Positions 55,265-64,000 of a stretch of 64,000 bases of DNA are shown here, piece after piece; position 1 is the first letter of the stretch, and every line of letters starts with the position of its first letter. The DNA lies in the NCBI GenBank assembly GCA_965153455.1, contig OZ234493.1, positions 11,894,213 to 11,958,212 of the forward strand, given 5' to 3'. Under the pieces are notes generated by a model. The model did not search any database and was not told the origin of the DNA. It saw only the letters and a program-made list of their open reading frames with translations. The translations under genes were made by a program, and so were the position numbers. Source of the stretch: Sphagnum compactum. Lineage: Eukaryota.

Positions 55265-56226
55265 GGTTTGAATCAATTGATTTTCCCTCTAAAAAAATGG
55301 TGCCATGTAAGTTTAGCCTCAATTTGCCACTTTTTGGTCTTCGATCCTTGTCTAAAAGGCTGTGTGTGGGTCCAATTGATGACTCTCATGAAATAGGATT
55401 GCTCTATTTCATTGGACCCTGGACCTTGGGACCCTCAATCTAAAGGGGCCCTTAGCCTACAACAGGCCTGTTGCACCTCCTAGTAGGACTAAGAGCTAGT
55501 AGGTGCAAGAGGTCTCTTGTAGGTGTATTCATAAGGTTCCTCCTAGTCCTATTATAGGTGTAAGAAGGCTCCTATACACCTAAGATGTTTCCTGATCTTA
55601 GTGGCTCCTGGTCTACACGGGTAAGGCCCAAGGGTGGGAGACATTCCCAAAATCCAAGGCTACACTAGGCTAGGGTCTTATCCGAAGCTCCTTATTTAGG
55701 GATGCCCTCCACCATGGGGGCCTCACCCTACCCATAAAAAAATGGGTACAATTTTTCTAGCGTATCTGGATAGTGCCTTACCCTCAGAAGAATCCCTAGC
55801 TCAACAGAGGATGGCACTTTATCCTAAACAAATTAATAATAATTTAGGAGTTCTTTACATCGAGTAAGGACCTCGAATGGGGCTGTTCTCGGAGTCGGGC
55901 TCCCATGCTTGAGTCCCCACTCCTTGGACTGTCATTCCCATAACAGCCCCATCTGGGGTCCTTAGTCCTTATCCTACACTTCCTCACTAGACCCCACTCC
56001 CCACCCCCAAAATAAGGTTTTCCAACAATTAATTGTTCAAGGGTCACTTTAGATGAGGGTCCAAGGTCCATTGAGGGTCCAATGAAATAGAGCAATCTTA
56101 TTGGATGAGAACCATAAATTGGACCCCATGGCCTTTAGATGAGGGCCCAAGATGAAAAAGTTGCAAATCGAGGCTAAACTTACTTACATGGCACCATTTT
56201 AGAGGGAAAATCAATTGGTTCGAACC
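55265..56226. mobile_element. Non-autonomous foldback/MITE-like element with ~190-bp terminal inverted repeats
   Basis: 55265-55455 (ggtttgaatcaattgattttccctctaaaa..atggtgccatgtaag..gattgctctatttcattggaccct) is the reverse complement of ~56037-56226. TSD unclear. Confidence 0.85.
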
Positions 56227-57808
56227 ATGTAGTTATTATTTAAAATAAAATAAAATAAAATAAAATAATTTTTATAACCATTATTTGCCAAAATTTTCTG
56301 AGTTCAAAAAATCAAGTGCCAAATTTAAGCTTTAAAATTTAATTAATTATTCGACAGTTTGTTGCCAAATCCAACCATGGAGTATGGTAAAAAAAAATAG
56401 AATAGAATAAAACAAAATAAAATAAAATAAATCCCTAAGCGACATGTTCAAGGGAACTTTTTGAAAAAATTCAAAAAAATTCACCATATTTTGAGATTTT
56501 TTAAAAACAAAATTGCAAATGTTGTTGGGTAGATTTCTGGCTTTCTTCTTTTGTCGTGAAATTGCCATATTTACATTAGTTGAATTGATGATTTTTTTTT
56601 CCCCCAATAATTACCAAAATTACATTAGTTGAATCTACACTTCTTAAAACAACAAAAAAAAATCCCAAGTTTTCTTAAATTTTTTTGTTCCCCCCCCCCC
56701 CCCCAAAAAAAAAACGTTCGTTTTATTTTTCCGACTCAAATTATTATTCTCTTTTATTTTCCGACTCAATTTTATCAATCTAACTCAATTGTTTAGGTCC
56801 AGTGTTTAAAAAAAAAAAAAAAAAACTTCCTCTCAATTTTGTAATATAAAAAAAAATTGGCGAATTTTTCCAATATTTTTTACCAAAAATTACATTAGTT
56901 GAAACTACACTTTTATTTTTAAAAATAAATAAATTCCCCCAAGTTTTCTTAAATTTTTTTCCCCCCAAAAAAGAAGAAAAGATAAAAGTTTGTCCCAAAA
57001 AACATTCACAAATTAGGGTTTAAAAAAAAAACCCTTCCTTGTTTCCTGTGAAGTGGCCTAAAAATAGGTACCTACATACTTACCTACCTACCTATTTGAC
57101 CCCCTTTTTTCCTGCCTTCCTTTTTCCCTTGCTTCCTGGGCTTCCTTTGCATGATGGCCTTTGCTGTCGACGACGAAGCAGACGACGAAGGAGAAAGACG
57201 AAGAAATCGGAGAGAGAGAGAGACACAGAGAAACGGAGGAGGAGGACGGTGTAGAGAGGAGCAAAAGCAGGCGTTGATGACGCAATCGCGGCGTCCAATA
57301 GGGCCCCATGTACACAAGATCAAACCGGAGAAGATTTGTCCGCTGAAGATTTGTTCAGAGTTTTCACCAGGACCATGCATTACTCTCTCTCTCTTTTTCT
57401 TCAATCTTCTTGTCTAGAATGAGAGTTTGACTACCTAGTGGCAGTTTGTTTGTTGGAGAATGGATTGCTTCAGGTGACGACGATTTGAATTAAGGTTCAT
57501 GAATCATGGTTTTTTCAGCTAGGGTTTCGGGTATATGTCGACAGTGAGAAGGAGGAGGAGGAGGAGGAGGAGGAGACAAGGAATCGTTTTGTTCTTTTTC
57601 TTCGGGGACTGTTTGAGGGAGGCATTTGTAGGATGAGAAGAAGAAGAGCTTGAAGATTTTGCTATTTTCAAGAGTTTTCTTCTTATTTTCAAACGTATTT
57701 GCATGTGTTCAGAGTGAGCATTTGGAAGATTGCGGGGTTTTGTTTTCAGAGAGGCTCTTTTTCCATTTTTTTTTAGAATGAGAGATTGAAGAGAAGGGGA
57801 GGTGAGAT

Positions 57809-60800
57809 ATGGAACGAGACTCGAAGAAATGTCGGGAGGAGATTCAACAACAGCAGCCGCAGCAGCGGGTTTCCGGGGCCGTGTCGGACGAGAACCTGTC
57901 CCGGATATTCGAGTTGATCGAAAGCCCGCAAGATCGGGCGGCGGTTTCTCTGGTGTGTCGGCAGTGGCGGCGCGTAGACGGGAACACCAGGAAGAATGTC
58001 ACCATAGCCAACATGTATGCCGTGGCACCTACGGCGCTCACCAGCAGGTTCAAGCAACTGGAATGTATCAATCTAAAGGGCAAGCCGCGGGCGGCAGAGT
58101 ACGATCTGCTGGTACACGATTGGGGAGGATACGCGGAGCCGTGGCTGAAGGAGCTTACAAGAGCCTACGAGCGCTTGAAGACGCTGCAACTGAGGCGGTT
58201 GGAGGTTCGAGACGCCGACCTTCAGCTGCTGGCTTCCGCTCCGTTCAACGCCTCACTACAAGTGCTGCATCTGCACAAGTGTTCGGGTTTCACCACAAGG
58301 GGTCTCATCCCGCTCTGCCGCTCCTGCAGGTGAGCGCTGATGGTGACTTCGGGGATCTTTCAGCACATGACCACATATGGCAACAAATATAAGTCGGTGA
58401 CATGGATCCATTTGGACAAGTGCAAGAAATACAAGTCTGTGACAAGAATCCATTTTGAACAACTGCAAGAAATACAACTCTGTGACATGAATCCATTTGA
58501 AACAAGTGCAAGAAACATGAGTCTGTGGCATGAATCCATTTGAACAAGTGCAAGAAATACAAGTCTGGGACATGATTTGAGTGAATTTTATTTTGTTTTA
58601 TTTTATTTCTGTGTGTGAGTGGGTGTGCAGGTCCTTGAAGGTGCTAAGCCTAGAGGAAAGTGATGTAATTGATGAAGGTGGGGAATGGTTACATGCTTTG
58701 GCTCAACACAACTCAGTTATAGAATCACTTGACTTTGCAGTTTTGGGTTTGGACTCTGTGTCAGTTGAAGATTTGGCACTTCTCGCCGGAAGATGCAAGT
58801 CACTGGTGTCCCTTAAAGTTAGCGACATTGATATGTCAGAACTCAATGGGGTTTGGAGCAAGGTGCCATTTCTCAAGGAGCTCGGGACAGGGTCTTGCAA
58901 TGATCTTGGGGATGAAAAGAAGGGGATGGCTGTATCCATCAACTTGCCACAGCATCTGACGTCATTATCGGGTCTGTGGGCCATGCTTGATGTCGGGTTG
59001 CAAATGGTTCAACCTGTGGCTGCGAACCTGAAAAAGCTTGACTTAAAGTTCACTCTTCTGAGCAGTAGAGGCCATTGTGAGCTTCTAAGTCACTGCTTCG
59101 CACTTGAAGACTTGCAGGTGTGTATGCATCATTTGGTGTTACAAGCTTGGTTGAGTAATCCCTTCTGAATGCATAGCTCTGTTGTCACTCCTGAATGTTT
59201 TGTTTAAGACATCTCTTTCCCCTGAGCAGGACATACTGATGATAAAAGTGTAGGGTAATGTCCTTGGCTGGGAGCATTACTGGAATATGGGCCCTCGTGA
59301 GATGGAGCTGAGGCAGGCCTAATTCCGGTTATGCCTGCAGCTGAGGGTATTACACAGCATAAAAATCAACATGTTGTTTTTATTTTTTATTGTTTTTACT
59401 GTGATATCCGGTGGGTGCCAACTAGGTATCATGCTAACTACAATTATAAGTATTGCAGGCATTTTGAGAAGTGAAATGCCCGCCTCTGTGGGTGTTTAGC
59501 TTTTCGAAATGCCTGCTTGCTGCTGACACCTGATTACAGCATATAATGTGTTCTCCATTTACACTGCTGCAAAGCACAGGGGTTTTTACAAGCCTTTGAT
59601 TGTTCATGAAATTGTTGGTTCTATATTTTCCCAGTGATAAAACAGGTCTCTCATGTATTCTAAACTTCACTTCTATCATGGAGTGTCTTCCATTTATTCC
59701 TTTTACACATTTTGGTCTCCTCCTGTGGTGGGGTGGAAATATATTAAATTCTTAGGTCAAGATTCCTTTAATTATAGAGATATCACAAAGGACCTGAGCT
59801 CTTCAAGGTCCAGAGAAGTGATTTTGAGAGTGATTGGGCTTGTTACAATTTCCAAGTTTTTCTTAGAATACACTTTGGTCATGTAATTTCAACTGATGAA
59901 GGCTCTCTATGCCTTAGGCTGTGGTGCTTTATGGGGCCAACCTAAAATGACATGAAGCTCACCCTTGCAAGCCTGTTGCAGCTTGAATGAGGATTGTATT
60001 GACTTTTTGGTTTAGTGCTGTCTTGAGTGCTAGCCCAATATCATGACTGTTTTGTGTTGGTTCCAGGAATTCAGTATCAAATTTTGTGTAGTTGGTTGTG
60101 TGGAATTTGGAGCAGATTCTTATGTTCTTATCTGCGCCCACAGTTGGGAGCTCATGAAGTTGAGTGGGAAATCATGGCAGCTAGTCACTGCTATTCACAA
60201 GGAAGGTGATGGCCAGATACTCTGTGAGTAGCACTCACAAGGTTATGACCACACTTGTTATTGTCATGTTTGGTTTGATTTGGCCAGAACTGACATTACA
60301 GGTACCTTGAATGCCTGAATGTGCTGTTGTGAAGTTTCTGCTGCAACTCATAATATGCATAATAATGTTTTGTAGATTGCAAGTCTCTTTTACTCATCCA
60401 ATTTTGAGGATCTGTATGGGCAAGTCTGATGTTGGCAGGTGTTTCTTGGAGGCAGGTACTTAATGTTCTTGGGAATGAGGGTTTGAAAGTGCTGGGCAAG
60501 ACATGTAAGGAGCTGAGGCGCTTGCGAGTAGAGGATGATGATGCAGGCTATATATCACACAGTGGTGTGGTTGCTATTGCACAAGGTTGTGCAAAGCTGC
60601 GATATCTGGCCTTATATGTCTGTGATATCACCAATGCTGCACTTGCTATGGTGGGGCAGGGCTGTTTGCACCTCACAGATTGCCGTATTGTGCTTGGAGA
60701 AAGGGTCAAGAATTTTGCAGATTTGCCCCTGGATGATGGTGTGAAGTTATTACTGAAGGGCTGTGTGAACCTAACTCGATTTTGCCTCTACCTGCGGCAA

Positions 60801-61238
60801 GGAGCACTAACAGACCAGGGACTGGCTCATATTGGAGAGTATGGGCGCAATCTCAAGTGGCTGCTCTTAGGTACCACAGGGGAAAGTGATATGGGTCTTG
60901 CCAGTCTTGCATATGGATGCCAACAACTGGAACGCCTGGAAGTACGAGACTGTCCATTTGGGGAAGCAGGCTTTGCTACTGCAGTGGTGGCAATAAGTTC
61001 CTTGAAATATCTGTGGGTGCAAGGCCACCACCGAGTCAGTGAAACAGGGGTGCAACTTCTGGCCCTGTCTCGCCCATGTTTGCACATTGAAGTGTACCCT
61101 GGTGCCCAGGGACAACCTGGGCAGCTCTTGGCATACTATGCACTAACAGAACCACGCACTGATGGTCCCCCTGGGATGAAGGTGCTTGTCTCAAACCCAC
61201 ACAATCATCAGCAGGACATACTTCCATGTATTTTATAA
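57809..61238 (+). CDS. COI1/TIR1-family F-box LRR protein, COI1-like but divergent; exons 57809-58329, 58631-59117, 60456-61238, 596 aa
   Basis: F-box (DRAAVSLVCRQWRRVD), LKGKPRAA, DWGGYAEPW, LHKCSGFTT, CKELRRLRVE, DLPLDDGV, LYLRQGALTD, YLWVQG, LLAYYAL. The three-exon layout is typical of the family. Confidence 0.92.
58385..58575. repeat. ~42-43-bp minisatellite, ~4.5 copies, in intron 1 of the COI1-like gene
   Basis: tacaagtctgtgacatgaatccatttgaacaagtgcaagaaa units starting at ~58388, 58430, 58473, 58516 and 58558. Confidence 0.92.
60120..60260 (+). repeat. Dispersed structured repeat, copy 2 (intron 2 of the COI1-like gene)
   Basis: Aligns by eye with the reverse complement of 63645-63780 (ttgggagct.atgaagt..gtggg...ggcagct.agtcactgct...ggtgatgg...tgtgagt...tcacaaggttatgacc.cactt). 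Confidence 0.8.
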
Positions 61239-63177
61239 CTTGCCACTTTCTGGCTGAATCTAGGCAGGGATCTATGCTGTGACAAATGCATATTCCCAAT
61301 CTGAGACTGTGTCCTGGAGTTGGTTGCGCTGTGCAGAGTTGAAGGTCAATGCTGAACATTCTGCATATGGTACATTGAACTCAGGAAAACAAGAAAGTAA
61401 AACAGAAGATCATGTCATGATGCTGAGACTTACATTGTTGGCACAATTTTGCCAATAGACTATATTTACATGCTTATTCAAGCTTTCGTGCAGTTGTATG
61501 TAAATCAAATTGATGATTGGATCATGTGTATGTATTGAGATCTGTTGGCAACAGATTGGAAAGTGGAACAGCTGCTGGTAGTCAACCCATCCTTGGGTAA
61601 TATGCTGCTGAGGGCTTCTTGTTCTTGAGAAAAAATATGACAGTTTGATGGTTGACATCTTTGTGCCACTTTTGACATTGTACAGGGACAAGTGAAATGA
61701 AATGAAGCTTACACTCACAAGCTTGTCGCAGCTTGAATGTGGATGCTATTGAGTTTTTGATTAGCTTTTGTCTCTCAAGAATCTTCCTGTTGCATCTGGA
61801 AATGCATGGAACAAAAATTGTGGATGCAGATTTTGTATGATGGTTTGCCCGAAATTTTGGGGAATTATTTTTACACTTACCTACACTATCGTTTGGGAGC
61901 TGATGATGTGAATGGTAGTTATGGCAGCTTGGTGCTGCTGTTCAAGATGAATCTGGAGGTCTGGAATTTTCTTAGCAACTCTAATAAGGTGATGATGACC
62001 TTATTTATAATAAGGTTAGATCAGCCTCACAGATGCTGTGCTGTGCTGCTACTGCAACTTGCCATAAGGTAATTGAAATTACCATTGGGACTTTGAGAAA
62101 GTTTACTGCAATGGCGTTTATGTACTTCACTCTGATCAGTCAGATGATGGCCTGTACCCAAGCTGTTCTTGTTGACCTCCTTGAGATAGGGAGGGTTGAG
62201 AGCTTGAAATAGTGAAAGAGAAAGGTACCAATCTGTCTATGGAAGCTCACTAAGAATTCAATATTGAAGGTAATGAGGAATCTGCTGCATAAATAGGGGT
62301 GTCAATATGATTTACAGTGATCTATTTACAAGAATTGCTTACAATAGGTAGTGGAAAATATGCTGTCTGTATAAATTTCGGTATGATCTATGTTTGAAGA
62401 ATTACTTATATGGTACACAGTGAGAAATATGTTATATAATTTTGGTGTATGCATTTGGTATCATCCTCAAGTACTAGAACCAGAGTATTTGTTGGTGTGA
62501 GTTATGGAGGGAATTGTCATCAGGTCCCAAAAGCTGGTAATTATGGTTTCTGCAATGCATACATGTGTCCATGGCATCTAGGCAGATAGTGAGAATGTAT
62601 AAACTCTAGGATACAACTAACAAAAAGCATTTAATAAGCTAAATGATGTGTGCAGAAAGAAAAAGTTTAGGGGTTTAGGGTTGAGGCCAAAGTCCAGAAA
62701 TTACAATGACCTTTGATCAAACAATAACGAATTCAAGAATGGTTTTCTATCCTGTACAAGTAATAATACAACCAAATTTCTCTACCTTCAAGATGACAAA
62801 CTCTGTTGACCAAACAAGGGGATTGTTCAATTTGTATACCACCCAATCTCTTCACTTCAGAATGAGAACTCCATAGACCAAACAATGGATGGTTTGATTG
62901 TAATTATACCAATAGAATGCAACACATAATTTTATGAACAAAACAGACATCTATTCACAACCCAACCTTTGTTTTCTTCTCCTTACCTAATAGGAAGACA
63001 CGGTTCAATCATTTCAAGTACATGAAAAACTCAGGGCACACTCTACTCAATACCTGCAACAATCTGTTGAGACACTCCAGTGTGCTGACAACACAGGCAC
63101 CCATATCACCATCCGAAGCACATGCCTCGTGAACATCCTACCAAAATGCATTGTTGCTGTTTAGTGCAGCAGAATGG

Positions 63178-63512
63178 TCACATATGGTGTTGAGGGGGTA
63201 AAAATATGTTTCCATTACTGACTGTCTTCACCATCATTGCCTTGTCATCCTCCTCATCTACAACGGATTTCCAGATAATATCCTTCAGCTGTGCGCACAA
63301 GTTCTTGTAAAACTGCACAGGTGTCCAAAAAAAGAGAATCAGCATGAAAGAAAAAACCCCACCACAAATTCATCAACTGTACACACAACTTTATTAGAGC
63401 ACTGGAAAACAGTGCGGCGTTGTCTAGCTGGGTATACCTTGTGGTATTCCAACGTGTCACCAACTGCCTTGCGTACCTCAACCATGAACAATGAAGGAGC
63501 AACTTCAAATAC
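63178..63512 (-). CDS. CIPK: CBL-interacting protein kinase, last two coding exons (63512-63438, 63312-63178); the rest is outside the window
   Basis: VFEVAPSLFMVEVRKAVGDTLEYHK|FYKNLCAQLKDIIWK is the conserved CIPK C-terminus. GT-AG splice sites. Confidence 0.88.
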
Positions 63513-63639
63513 CTGCCACATAATGCACAATTAAGACTCCAGGGACTGTACAATCCACAACAAATGCAAAGAAAATTTCACAATAACACTTTAAAGTAAC
63601 TATTCTGTCACTTCAAGCCAAACCAAAATAAAGAAGGCA

Positions 63640-63780
63640 AGAATATAAGTGAGGTCATAACCTTGTGAAGTCACTCACAAAGCATCAGACCATCACCCTT
63701 TCATCAGGAGCAGCAGTGACTAAGCTGCCACTACTCCCCACTGACTTCATCAGCTCCCAATGGTGGGTGTAGATAAAAGT
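63640..63780 (-). ncRNA. Hammerhead-ribozyme-like motif within a dispersed repeat (CIPK intron); degenerate
   Basis: Minus strand: CTGATGA (63753-63747), A, GTCAG...CTGAT stem, GAAA (63702-63699). Stem I/III and the cleavage triplet are imperfect. Confidence 0.4.
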
Positions 63781-64000
63781 ATGTAACAATCTGCTTAAAA
63801 TTTCAGGCAACCAGTACACAGAAATCTGCACCCTGAGTTTCTGTCACATTTCAACCCATTCATGAGTTTGGCTAGAACTCCAGGTAGCATATAATTCACA
63901 ACTAGTGTGATCTGAAGGACAATGACAGGCTTGGGTAGTAATCACCTCAATTGCAACAGAAAGCTGGCCAGTGTTTCCACTAAGCCCCTCCAGCCTCATC

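Noticed and set aside
63680-63755. Intronic C/D-box snoRNA (TGATGA...CTGA boxes)
   Set aside because: The boxes are not conserved in the 60.1-kb copy, no rRNA guide was identified, and a dispersed TE-linked repeat explains it better.

Overview
Eukaryotic, intron-rich land-plant DNA. A bryophyte, possibly Sphagnum, is inferred from gene and repeat style only. Six host genes can be assembled from splice sites: a TBL/PC-esterase acetyltransferase, CSN6, a WRN-type exonuclease (WEX), a signal-less PME31-type pectin methylesterase, a divergent COI1-like F-box/LRR receptor, and the 3' end of a CIPK. AT-rich transposon debris separates them. The main finding is a decayed Ty3/Gypsy retrotransposon at ~1.0-6.8 kb that carries a DNMT3-like C5-cytosine methyltransferase between protease and reverse transcriptase (gag-PR-DNMT-RT-RH-INT). 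The domain is hidden across three frameshifted segments. Also seen: a Penelope-like RT C-terminal fragment, a hammerhead-like structured repeat in three copies, a solo LTR with a perfect 5-bp TSD inside a hAT remnant, a long-TIR foldback element, several tandem arrays and degenerate telomere-like repeats. All calls come from manual reading and remembered family motifs; no searches were run.
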